Of a stretch of DNA of 64,000 bases, positions 36,921 through 45,437 are shown piece by piece (the first letter of the stretch is position 1; the number at the start of each line of letters is the position of its first letter). The position numbers and the translations under genes are program-made. The notes beneath the pieces are model-generated. The model was not told the origin of the DNA, made no database searches, and saw only the letters and a program-made list of their open reading frames with translations. This DNA is from a virus (Duplodnaviria; Caudoviricetes): IMG/VR virus record IMGVR_UViG_3300026493_000002; one strand, 5' to 3'.

Positions 36921-37319
36921 TTAGGTGCCGGTTTTCAAGCCCGCAGACGCATATACAAGCTGCCTGCGGTACTCGACGTGATCGGCAAGGAGAAGTTCCA
37001 GGCTGGATGCACAACAGGCGGCCTTCAACGTCTGGACCGCCTGCTCGGACAGCGCGCGCATCTTGTAAGCAAGGCTTGCAGCAAGCTCATGGTTGTTGGC
37101 CAGTACCGCAGTGCGATACTTCCGAGCGTGCTTCATGTAGCGCGCGTGCGCCATCGAGGTCAAACCCTCTTGTGCGTTCGCCGACCGGATCATTCGCGTG
37201 AGCATGGCAATCGCATCGTCCGATGAGGCAATCGCCGTTTGAATCTGGGACTCACTGAGGCTCGATACGTCCCTGCGATCCACGCGGAGAGTGTCGAACA
37301 GTTGGCTGTGCACAGGCAT
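36921..37319 (-). CDS. Hypothetical helical protein, 132 aa
   Basis: GGAG RBS before MPVHSQL. Confidence 0.55.
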   Translation of the reverse strand: MPVHSQLFDTLRVDRRDVSSLSESQIQTAIASSDDAIAMLTRMIRSANAQEGLTSMAHARYMKHARKYRTAVLANNHELAASLAYKMRALSEQAVQTLKAACCASSLELLLADHVEYRRQLVYASAGLKTGT

Positions 37320-37333
37320 GACGCGCACTCCGA

Positions 37334-37705
37334 TCAGCTGTAGGTAAAGCTCAGGCGCACCATCTCGGGGGCCGAGATTTCGATGCGCTCCAGCTCGCCG
37401 TAGAAGATGAAGACGCCGTGGCATGGCACGTTGGCGAGTTCACCAGACTTGTACTTGATGCGCAGGCGGATCGGCTGGTACGAGTTGATGATGACTGCGG
37501 TTTCAATGCCGTCGATCACGAACTGCTGACCCTCACCAGGACCGACTACCACGTCACCGCTGGATGCCGCACGGCCCTGTACCACTCGCTTGGCAATCGA
37601 ACCCTGCTGGGCGCGCTTGCGAAGTTGCAGGTCGGCAATGGTCGTCACGAACTGCGTAACGATGGTGCGCTCCAGTCCCTGACGCTTAGAACGAAGGTTG
37701 CTCAT
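37334..37705 (-). CDS. Hypothetical beta-rich structural protein, 123 aa
   Basis: AGGAG RBS before MSNLRSK; 20-nt overlap with the upstream gene. Confidence 0.55.
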   Translation of the reverse strand: MSNLRSKRQGLERTIVTQFVTTIADLQLRKRAQQGSIAKRVVQGRAASSGDVVVGPGEGQQFVIDGIETAVIINSYQPIRLRIKYKSGELANVPCHGVFIFYGELERIEISAPEMVRLSFTYS

Positions 37706-38426
37706 TGGTGGAATACTCCTCAGGGATAACGGGCTCGTACTCGCCGAAGAGGTCGTCTGCGTCGAGCATACGCGGATCCGAAACGTTCTCGCGCGAACCG
37801 TACACACCCTTGGATGCAACGCCAATCTGAGGATCAGCGGCATACACGGATGCAACGTCGCGGAAGAAGCCAGCCCACGTGTGGAAGATGAACTGGATGC
37901 TGACTTCGCCACCGCCGGGCTTGGTGGTGTCACCAGTGTCGGCAATGGGGATCGTCAGATTGTCCGGGATTTCGATACGGTTGTTCAGCACCAGCTGGTT
38001 GGCGAACTTGACGTCGAAGTTCAAGTTGGTCATCGCAGACAGGATGAGGAAGGTTTCGATCATCCCATACAGGCGCTTTGCATCCGAGTCGGTGTACTTC
38101 AACTCAAAGCCGAGCTTCACCGGGAACAGGAAACCCACAGAGGCGGTGTTTCGTGTTGCGCCGACTGTACCCATACGCATACCCACGCGGGCAGTGTTGC
38201 GGTTGTTTACGAGGTCACGGGTTGCCTGTGCGTCACTGGGCACTAGCCATGCGTATGGATACGTGTCGTCCTTCGTATTCTCCATCTGCGCCTTGATCTT
38301 GTCATCGGTGCTGATGCGAATACGCTTGACGCCGGTCTCACGCTGGAACACGGCACGCATGCCATGCAGGCCAGTCAACAGCAGACTGCTCTTGGCAATC
38401 TCCGCAGGAATGTGGATGCGAGCCAT
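37686..38426 (-). CDS. Putative neck or tail terminator protein, 246 aa
   Basis: Position between MCP and sheath; YPYAW motif; inferred from synteny. Confidence 0.5.
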   Translation of the reverse strand: MARIHIPAEIAKSSLLLTGLHGMRAVFQRETGVKRIRISTDDKIKAQMENTKDDTYPYAWLVPSDAQATRDLVNNRNTARVGMRMGTVGATRNTASVGFLFPVKLGFELKYTDSDAKRLYGMIETFLILSAMTNLNFDVKFANQLVLNNRIEIPDNLTIPIADTGDTTKPGGGEVSIQFIFHTWAGFFRDVASVYAADPQIGVASKGVYGSRENVSDPRMLDADDLFGEYEPVIPEEYSTNEQPSF

Positions 38427-38447
38427 GTTGACTCCTTTGTGGAGTGG

Positions 38448-38488
38448 AAAAAATGAAGCCCCGAAAGGAACGAAAGTCCTCCGGGGCT
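38448..38488 (-). terminator. Rho-independent terminator
   Basis: AGCCCCG...CGGGGCT stem followed by TCATTTTTT on the minus strand. Confidence 0.8.
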
Positions 38489-38506
38489 CCAGTCACGCTG
38501 TCGTCG

Positions 38507-38986
38507 CTATTGCTTGATCCGGACGGGACTCTCGGAGCCCATCACAAGACGCATCGGATGGGGACCACCACCATGGTTCCCACTACTCAGCGAGCTTGGT
38601 ACGATCTTCTGGCCGGGCACGCCCGGGTTCCAATCGTCGGAAGGTGCGTCGTCGCCATCTTCTTCGTCCTCAGCCAGGAGTTCGGAGGGTTCAACCTCTT
38701 CATCCGCAGAGAGCGAGGGGATAAGCGACATGGCGTCAGCCAGGCTCTTGGAGATTGATTCCAGACCAGCGCGTGGTGCGTCACTGGATTCAGATTCCCA
38801 ATCTCCGGACGACGGCCGCAGGTCTTCGGCGTCGAGGTCACCCTCAACATCCAGTTCCTGCAACAGTTCGTCCGCATCCGAAGAACTCAGGGACGTTGCG
38901 AACAACGAACCTGCTTCCTCGTAGCGACCATTGCGATACGCCACAGCGGCAAGCAACAGAAGATCACGAGCAATGTTCTGTTTCAT
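38507..38986 (-). CDS. Acidic head-associated protein, 159 aa
   Basis: Directly after MCP; several S-[LE]-S motifs. Confidence 0.55.
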   Translation of the reverse strand: MKQNIARDLLLLAAVAYRNGRYEEAGSLFATSLSSSDADELLQELDVEGDLDAEDLRPSSGDWESESSDAPRAGLESISKSLADAMSLIPSLSADEEVEPSELLAEDEEDGDDAPSDDWNPGVPGQKIVPSSLSSGNHGGGPHPMRLVMGSESPVRIKQ

Positions 38987-39011
38987 GCCTAGGACCTCAT
39001 GTTGTTGAGTC

Positions 39012-39045
39012 AGCGGAGTGGGCGGATTTGCCTACCCACTCCGCT
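39012..39045 (-). terminator. 11-bp hairpin after MCP (terminator or stabiliser)
   Basis: AGCGGAGTGGG / CCCACTCCGCT; no U tract. Confidence 0.55.
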
Positions 39046-39060
39046 TCATCAGGTCCTGGA

Positions 39061-40173
39061 TCAGACGCGCTGGCCCTTGGCGATGGACTTGGCGTTGGCC
39101 AGGGTGAACGAGAACAGTTCGTTCAGCATCCAGCCCTTGGTGGTGTTGCCGTGGTCGGCGCCCGAGGTCGGGGTCGAGCGCACGCCGCCGCGATCGGTGT
39201 AGACCGCGTGGTGCTCCGGCGAGGAGACCACGTAGATTTCACCGCGGTTCAGGACCTTCTGGTTCGGCTGACGGAAGGCATCGGTCAGCAGGTTCAGGCC
39301 GACCAGGGTACCCAGCTGGCCGTGCAGCGCCAGATCGTACTTGGTCACCGGATCCAGGAACTCGTGGAAGTCCGGGTTGGCGATGATATCGGCCCAGAAG
39401 TCGTTGGCGATGATCGCGGTGGCGGCCGGCAGGTTCCAGTCGGTGACGGACTGGCGGATGCGAGCCAGGTGGCCCGGGCCCAGCTGACCGACGATGTACT
39501 CCAGCGGGTTGATCAGGCCGACGGCCTTGTCCGCAGCCTTCTTCCACAGACGGTCTTCGGCGACCATCACGGAGTCCAGGCCCTGGTTGTACAGTTCGTC
39601 CAGCAGATCGCCGGACACCTGCTCCAGTTCCAGCTGCTCGCAGCGCAGGTTCGCGATGATCTCGAACTCGGCGGCCTCGAACATCTTGTTGCGGATCAGC
39701 TGGTAGCCGACCGAGGCAGCGCTGGTCGCGGTGACGGCCACGGCGTCGTACGACGGCATGGCGACACGGGCGACTTCACCCGAACGCAGGGTCTGGCCCA
39801 GGGCCACGTTGCGCAGGAAGCCCTGGCGAGCGCGGACTTCTTCGATCTTGGTCGCGATGGACGAGCCGAGGGCTGCCCACTGTGCCGGATCGTGGTAGGC
39901 CGCGGTCAGAACTTCACGACGGTCGCGGATCAGGTTGGCGTGTTCCTGCGAGGAAGCCAGCGCCGAGTTCTCGACGGTGGTCACCTGGCCGCTGGACACG
40001 GCCTGCATCAGACCGCTGATGGCGCGGACCAGTTCCTTCTTGTCGTGCGCGTTGAACTCGCCGGTGGCGCTCGACAGGGACAGCAGGTTGCTGTTGCCCA
40101 ACTTCAGTTGGTCGATGCTGTCGCCGTTGCGCAGCACCATCTGGGCGCCGGAAAACATGTTGTTGCCGTTCAT
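39061..40173 (-). CDS. Major capsid protein (HK97 fold), 370 aa
   Basis: Follows scaffold and decoration genes; very strong codon bias; EEVRARQGFLRN, LDELYNQG.D..MVAEDRLW, GQLGTLVGL features. Confidence 0.85.
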   Translation of the reverse strand: MNGNNMFSGAQMVLRNGDSIDQLKLGNSNLLSLSSATGEFNAHDKKELVRAISGLMQAVSSGQVTTVENSALASSQEHANLIRDRREVLTAAYHDPAQWAALGSSIATKIEEVRARQGFLRNVALGQTLRSGEVARVAMPSYDAVAVTATSAASVGYQLIRNKMFEAAEFEIIANLRCEQLELEQVSGDLLDELYNQGLDSVMVAEDRLWKKAADKAVGLINPLEYIVGQLGPGHLARIRQSVTDWNLPAATAIIANDFWADIIANPDFHEFLDPVTKYDLALHGQLGTLVGLNLLTDAFRQPNQKVLNRGEIYVVSSPEHHAVYTDRGGVRSTPTSGADHGNTTKGWMLNELFSFTLANAKSIAKGQRV

Positions 40174-40210
40174 CTGGTGTCTCTCCAGTAATAGGGTGTA
40201 GATGATATGT

Positions 40211-40256
40211 GTCTGACCGTAGCGGCAGACTGGGGCCCGCGTTGTGCAGGCCCCAG
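40211..40256 (-). other. Two tandem hairpins in the MCP leader
   Basis: GTCTG.CCG-TAG-CGGCAGAC and CTGGGGCC...GGCCCCAG. Confidence 0.6.
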
Positions 40257-40263
40257 AACTGGC

Positions 40264-40959
40264 TTACGGGGTCTTGATGTGCAGAACCAGGGTCGCGTTC
40301 GCGGCGTTCGGCGAATTCGCCACGACCACGTTCGGCAGGGTGTTGGCGCCGGCAGCCGGCACGAACAGGCCGTTGGCACCCAGGCCGACCTTGATGACGT
40401 CGGTCCAGTCCTTGGTGGTGTCGAAGCAGGTGGTGCCGACGGTCGCGTCGTTCAGGCGGCCGATCGAGTCGACCAGCAGCGAGGCGTGACCACCGAACGG
40501 ACGATCACCCTGGAAAGCGCGGGCTTCTTCGACGTCCGGCACGTACATCATCTGCACGGTGATGGTCTTGCCTTCGGCGGCTTCGGCCAGCAGCAGCTGG
40601 TCACCGTTCAGGGCGATCGAGGTTTCGTCCGTCGGACGCTCGTCACCCGCGGTCGGCGCGATGGTGGTCGAACCGCTGACCACTGCAATCGAACCGGCAG
40701 CCGGCACGCGCGGCAGCTGGACCACGCCACCGACCGGCACCGAGTACTGGCGGATGAACGGGATGCGGCCGCCCGGAGCGAAACGCTCGTAGGACACGCC
40801 GGCGAACACTTCGCCAGCAGCACCGGTCGACGGCTGCACGCAGGTTTCACCGTTGACCTTCTTGAACACCAGGGCCAGGCCCTCTTCTTCGATACGGACG
40901 CCCGGAACGATCGGGGACTGGGCGGCGTAGGTGATGCGAGTATCGCGCAGTTGCAACAT
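40264..40959 (-). CDS. Head decoration or cement protein, 231 aa
   Basis: Immediately upstream of MCP; PSTGAAGEVFAGVS motif. Confidence 0.65.
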   Translation of the reverse strand: MLQLRDTRITYAAQSPIVPGVRIEEEGLALVFKKVNGETCVQPSTGAAGEVFAGVSYERFAPGGRIPFIRQYSVPVGGVVQLPRVPAAGSIAVVSGSTTIAPTAGDERPTDETSIALNGDQLLLAEAAEGKTITVQMMYVPDVEEARAFQGDRPFGGHASLLVDSIGRLNDATVGTTCFDTTKDWTDVIKVGLGANGLFVPAAGANTLPNVVVANSPNAANATLVLHIKTP

Positions 40960-41038
40960 GACTGCTTTCTCCAGATGGGGATTGGTGTGAAACGAGAGAG
41001 TGTCCTTTACCCTTGCGGGCTTGGACTACTGGGATCGC

Positions 41039-43138
41039 TTAGCGCCGGCCGAGCAGACTGACCGTGTCGTTGATGCGCTTGAGCGGATCCGAACCAGCAG
41101 CAGCAACTGCGGTTTCGGTCTTGGCCGGAGCGGACTGCGAAGTCTGCACGGCCGAGGAGGCGGTGGCAACGGTACCGACCGAGCCCAGACGGGTCTCGAA
41201 GCCGGACTGCGAACTGGCGGTTGCCACCTGGGGCTGGTACGACATGCCCATGATGGTCTTGGCCAGGGATTCCTGCACTTCGGCCGGCTTGGACAGGTTG
41301 TCCTTCGCGATGGCGAACATCGAGCGGAGCAGCGGCTCGAAGCTGGAGCGCAGCGCGTTGTCGACCACGACTTCCGGATTGCGCATGCCCGTCGAGGCCA
41401 GAGCCTGCAACAGGGTTTCACGCAGCGGATTGCTCTTGCCCTCGAAGAAGCCACGGTTCAGGCCGATGGCGGCCGTTGCCAGTGCTGCTTCCAGTGCTTC
41501 TTCGTGCTGTGCGTTGGCCTGGTCCAGCTGCGCCTTCTGGTCACTGGCCAGAGCGGCGATGCGGGTATCGACGTGCTTGCTGACACGCAGACTGGCCTTG
41601 ACGCCCTTGAAGCCCAGCTGGCTCAGCATGGCCGCGCCGCCCTGCTTGACAGCAGCAACGGTGGCGGCGCCGAAGCGCGGGGTGCCGAAGAACGGCTTGT
41701 GGTCCGGGTTGATGCTCGACGCGGTGGCGACGGCGATCGGGGAGCCCTTGTGGAAGGCGGTCCAGACCGGCTGGCCAGCAACGGCGGCGCTGAACGAAAC
41801 GTCCAGGTCGTCGGCCGAAGCGTCGTCGGGCAGTTCTTCCAGCGCATCGACTTCGATCAGTTCACCGTCTTCGTCGTCGGACTCTTCGTCATCGCTCGAC
41901 TCGGAGGTGTTGTCGGCGGCCGGTGCCGGGTTGTCACCCTGGCCTTCGGTCGGCGCTGCGTTGTCGTCAGCCGGCTTGGTCTCGTCACCGGTCTGAGCGG
42001 TGTCGTCCTGGCCTTCGGTCGAAGCGTCGTCGGCCGGCGGCGTGGTGCCGTCGCTCGATTCGCTGGTGTCGTCATCGAGCAGGTTCATGCTCACGTCGTC
42101 ACCCTCTTCTTCCTCGTCCGACTCTTCGTCGTCGCTGTCGTCTTCGGAATCATCTTCCTCGTCGTCCAGGTCCAGATCGGAGTCATCTTCCGGCAGGTCG
42201 AGTTCTTCCTCGTCCTCGATCTCCTCGTCATCCGAGGCTTCGACCGGCTCCATCAGCTGCGCGCCGCAACCGTTGCGCGGGCACTCGTCCTGCGGGATCT
42301 CCGACACGATGTGGGCACCGCAACCTTCGGCGCTGGCGCAGACCTTGTACTCGACGCTGACCACCGAGCTGGCGGTCGCGGTCATGTTCTGGCCACGGAT
42401 CTTGGAGTACTGCGCGATGGCTTCATCGCGGCTGCTGGCAGCAACTACCAGCGGTTCGTCGGCGGTGTTCACGTCGTCGTCACCTTCGTCGTCAGCGTCA
42501 TCGGCGTCGGTGTCCTCGTCGGACTCCTCGTCGTCGATTTCGGCATCGTCTTCTTCATCGAGGGCCTCGTCATCCGCGGCTTCCTCGTCGGCTTCGGCGT
42601 CGTCCGAATCATCGCTGTCGTCTTCGTCGGTGTCCTCATCGGACTCGTCGTCGGCGCTCAGGGATTCGTCGTCTTCCGAATCATCTTCCGACTCGTCCTC
42701 GTCGGAGGTATCTTCCGTGCTTTCATCGTCGAGGATTTCTTCATCCTCGTCGTCGGCGCTGCCTTCGTCCGCATCGTCGCTGGCCACCGCGGTGGAACAC
42801 ACCGGGCAGTGCTGCACGAGGGACAGGGAGTCGTATACGAGGTGGATGCCACAGCCCGCGGTGCACGCGAAGTGGAATGCCTCATGGACGTCGCCTGCCT
42901 GGGCCTCGAACTGCAGGCCATTCAGGATATCGGTGGACTGCTCGAGGTCCAGGTTGCCGTTGGTCGGATTGAAGGTGTTCTCCAAGTCCGAACCCGCATT
43001 CGAGACGAATGCGGAGTTGTTGTCACGGTCAACAAAGCACGTTGCACCCTTGCCCATGGCCAGCTTTCGATACTCGAAGACCGCCTGCGACTGGGTGTTC
43101 CCGACAGCCACGATACCCTGGAACTGAATATCACGCAT
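41039..43138 (-). CDS. Prohead scaffold or core protein, extremely acidic, with two Cys clusters, 699 aa
   Basis: Position between protease and MCP; long D/E tracts; C-terminal coiled coil; many [AS]-x-S motifs. Confidence 0.75.
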   Translation of the reverse strand: MRDIQFQGIVAVGNTQSQAVFEYRKLAMGKGATCFVDRDNNSAFVSNAGSDLENTFNPTNGNLDLEQSTDILNGLQFEAQAGDVHEAFHFACTAGCGIHLVYDSLSLVQHCPVCSTAVASDDADEGSADDEDEEILDDESTEDTSDEDESEDDSEDDESLSADDESDEDTDEDDSDDSDDAEADEEAADDEALDEEDDAEIDDEESDEDTDADDADDEGDDDVNTADEPLVVAASSRDEAIAQYSKIRGQNMTATASSVVSVEYKVCASAEGCGAHIVSEIPQDECPRNGCGAQLMEPVEASDDEEIEDEEELDLPEDDSDLDLDDEEDDSEDDSDDEESDEEEEGDDVSMNLLDDDTSESSDGTTPPADDASTEGQDDTAQTGDETKPADDNAAPTEGQGDNPAPAADNTSESSDDEESDDEDGELIEVDALEELPDDASADDLDVSFSAAVAGQPVWTAFHKGSPIAVATASSINPDHKPFFGTPRFGAATVAAVKQGGAAMLSQLGFKGVKASLRVSKHVDTRIAALASDQKAQLDQANAQHEEALEAALATAAIGLNRGFFEGKSNPLRETLLQALASTGMRNPEVVVDNALRSSFEPLLRSMFAIAKDNLSKPAEVQESLAKTIMGMSYQPQVATASSQSGFETRLGSVGTVATASSAVQTSQSAPAKTETAVAAAGSDPLKRINDTVSLLGRR

Positions 43139-43211
43139 GGTGAGTCTCCTGGGTCGTGTTGTATTGCATCTTAGCGCATAACCTGCAATCGTTTGACTGC
43201 TGGCTGGTCAA

Positions 43212-43218
43212 AAATTAG
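43212..43218 (-). promoter_or_regulatory. Putative late promoter CTAATTT for the scaffold-decoration-MCP operon
   Basis: 73 nt upstream of ATG 43138. Confidence 0.65.
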
Positions 43219-43336
43219 ATTGCGCAACTTTTAGCTACAAACGCTCTACGGGCTCAAAAATGGCTCAATTTCGGGCCCTATTTAGGCCCCTGGGGCGCGT
43301 CCACTGTGTCAGTACGCCAAACGACAAACCGCAGAC

Positions 43337-43360
43337 AAAAGAAAGGGCCCCGCGGGGCCC
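43337..43360 (-). terminator. Rho-independent terminator
   Basis: Palindrome GGGCCCCGCGGGGCCC followed by TTTCTTTT. Confidence 0.8.
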
Positions 43361-43387
43361 GTGTGCTACATGCCTACTGTTGACGCC

Positions 43388-43786
43388 TCACTCCTCGAGG
43401 AAGTTCACCTGCTTGAACCCGATGGTCAACTGAGCGATACGGCTTTCGGCCGCCATGGACTCGGTCAGCATCAGGTACTCCGTATACACGGCCTGCAACT
43501 CCTCGGGTATGAGGATATCGACTTCGGGCGTGATCGGATTGGGCGTCAACGGGCTTTCAATCAGTGTGGTCCACGGGCTGTTTGCATTCAGACGGCCCAG
43601 GACCTTGACGGTGAAGTCGAAGGTGTGGCCGCCGGACCGCTTATACGACACGGCCTGCAACAGACGCGGATTGTCCATCAGGAAAGAGAAGCTCTGGATA
43701 CCGGTCGGGATCGACTGGATCAAGTAGCTGTGGAACGTGATGGGCTGCACGCTCTTGGTGACAGCGCGCGCTTGCTCAAGAAACAT
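43388..43786 (-). CDS. Hypothetical beta-sandwich-like protein, 132 aa, monocistronic
   Basis: GGAG RBS before MFLEQ; flanked by a promoter motif and a terminator. Confidence 0.6.
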   Translation of the reverse strand: MFLEQARAVTKSVQPITFHSYLIQSIPTGIQSFSFLMDNPRLLQAVSYKRSGGHTFDFTVKVLGRLNANSPWTTLIESPLTPNPITPEVDILIPEELQAVYTEYLMLTESMAAESRIAQLTIGFKQVNFLEE

Positions 43787-43931
43787 CACCGGCTCCCGGA
43801 AAAGGCAAAGCCTCCAGTGCACGACGTGATCCGCCCTAGGTATCATGAGAATGATTTTCGGCAGCTTTGTCTGTGGGCACTGGAGGCTCTGATGTATTAG
43901 GTCACTGACGAGGCTCCCCTGATACACTACG
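43787..43931 (-). ncRNA. Candidate structured cis-regulatory RNA leader
   Basis: 12-bp perfect stem (43809-43820 / 43877-43888) with nested helices and an alternative RBS-sequestering pairing. Confidence 0.45.
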
Positions 43932-43938
43932 AAATTAG
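43932..43938 (-). promoter_or_regulatory. Putative late promoter CTAATTT
   Basis: Intergenic, directly before the structured leader. Confidence 0.65.
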
Positions 43939-43949
43939 TATTCGAGGTA

Positions 43950-44195
43950 TCAGTTGACGGGAGGGATCCTCAGAGCCGGATCGCGGCCAGCCCTGAGGTC
44001 TTCCCGGAACTCCGAAATGTCCAGGCCGCGTTTGCCCTCACCAACATCGTTGATCCACTGGGCGGTTCGTGCGCTCTGTGGCATTTCACCATTCCAGCGC
44101 CATGCGTTGTGCGTGGCCTGGCGGTAACGTTCGAGGGCGTCGAGTTCCCGACCGCAGAGAAGACGTTTGATGTAGTAGAGGGCCCACTTGAACAT
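43950..44195 (-). CDS. Hypothetical protein, 81 aa
   Basis: AGGAG RBS. Confidence 0.6.
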   Translation of the reverse strand: MFKWALYYIKRLLCGRELDALERYRQATHNAWRWNGEMPQSARTAQWINDVGEGKRGLDISEFREDLRAGRDPALRIPPVN

Positions 44196-44218
44196 GGATT
44201 CAGCTCCTATGGAGAGGA

Positions 44219-44974
44219 TTAAAAGCTGCGGACGTCCATGATGCGCTTGCTAATCGCAGGCACATAGGCGGGCGAACCCACCACGGACGTCTCGAAGCCA
44301 CGGATGTTTTCGCACTCGCGGTACGACAGCTTGCCACCCGGCAGCATGAACGTCGGGCGACGCGGCGCGGTGTGTTCGCACGGCACGGGGTTTCCACCCT
44401 CACCGAAACGCTGCTTACACACGGCGCACTTGTAGCTCTTGAAGTAGAAGCCCAGGCTGTAGGCGTTGTTCTCGCCAGTCAGGATGCTGTTGACCAGCAT
44501 GGGATCCTTGGTACGGTCGAACGCGAGCAGCAGGATCAGCTTCCAGTAGCGGTCCTGGCCGAAGCCACGCAGGCGCTGCATGAAGGCGTCCAGGATCACA
44601 CCCTTGGCCTTGGTGATATCCTTGTTGTCGTGTTCGTAGTGCGTCGGCTTGCCGCGGAACGTCTTGAACGCCTGCATGCCCAGGTCGGGATGGAAGCGCA
44701 GCAGTTCTGCCATGGACACCGAGTCACCATTGGTGTTCGGAATGTCCGAGAACATGATCGGCACCGGCACCAGGACATAGTCCCGGATATCGCCACTGAT
44801 GCAGTACGGTTTGGCCGCGGCGGGCAGCCACAGGTTCGCTTCGATGTTGCTGCCGGGCATGATGATGCCACGATCCTGCAGCGCGATCTGCGTGTCCTGT
44901 TCGTTCTTGAACTTGAACAGCTCCAACGGCGTCTGGCCAATGGAGAGTCCGCTGTTTGCTTGGAGAAGACTCAT
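44219..44974 (-). CDS. Prohead maturation protease (assemblin / HK97-type fold, with Zn knuckle), 251 aa
   Basis: NTNGD, TFRGKPTHYEH, YSLG, CAVC...CEH, FETSVVGSPA motifs; GAGGT RBS before MSLLQ. Confidence 0.8.
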   Translation of the reverse strand: MSLLQANSGLSIGQTPLELFKFKNEQDTQIALQDRGIIMPGSNIEANLWLPAAAKPYCISGDIRDYVLVPVPIMFSDIPNTNGDSVSMAELLRFHPDLGMQAFKTFRGKPTHYEHDNKDITKAKGVILDAFMQRLRGFGQDRYWKLILLLAFDRTKDPMLVNSILTGENNAYSLGFYFKSYKCAVCKQRFGEGGNPVPCEHTAPRRPTFMLPGGKLSYRECENIRGFETSVVGSPAYVPAISKRIMDVRSF

Positions 44975-44981
44975 GTTGACC

Positions 44982-45437
44982 TCAGTGGAGTTCGTCGAGG
45001 TTGAAGCGGGGATCGGTGAGGGCGAAACGCACCTCATGGACCTTGTGACGGCCGCGATCCTCGACTTCGGTGGCGACCACTACCAGTTCGCTATCTCGGG
45101 TGTAGATATTGATCTGGCTGTGCAGGTTGTTGACGTGCGGGAACAGGTCGGGGATCATCAAGCCAGCGCCGTTGTTGCGCTGGAAGCCGCGAAGCTGCAG
45201 GCGGTTGTCGAGGTAATGCTCCAGCATGAATCCAGGTTCGCCCCTACGGGCCTCGATGCCGGCGCACAGGGCGTCGTCACGGAACTCGAAGAAATACTGG
45301 AGATCCTCGATATCGCCGGTGAACACGTCGGCCATGAGACGCATTACAGCAGCGCGCGTCTCAGGCAGAAGTGGTCTCAGCACCGGTAACTCGATGGGTT
45401 TCGGTCCGATGGGGAGGAACAGTCTCATGACCGTCAC
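44982..45437 (-). CDS. Hypothetical protein, 151 aa
   Basis: Overlapping stop/start with topoisomerase; GGAG RBS. Confidence 0.6.
   Translation of the reverse strand: MTVMRLFLPIGPKPIELPVLRPLLPETRAAVMRLMADVFTGDIEDLQYFFEFRDDALCAGIEARRGEPGFMLEHYLDNRLQLRGFQRNNGAGLMIPDLFPHVNNLHSQINIYTRDSELVVVATEVEDRGRHKVHEVRFALTDPRFNLDELH

Noticed and set aside
43139-43387. Replication origin in the largest, relatively AT-rich intergenic gap
   Set aside because: Only a short ggctcaa pair is present, with no iteron array; a promoter motif and a terminator explain the gap.
43805-43815. GCAAAGCCTCC resembling part of a c-di-GMP-I riboswitch
   Set aside because: Wrong strand; the P1 GNRA hairpin and tetraloop receptor are absent.
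43905-43934. Hammerhead-like CTGACGA...GAAA on the plus strand
   Set aside because: The intervening sequence cannot form stem II, and the strand is opposite to transcription.
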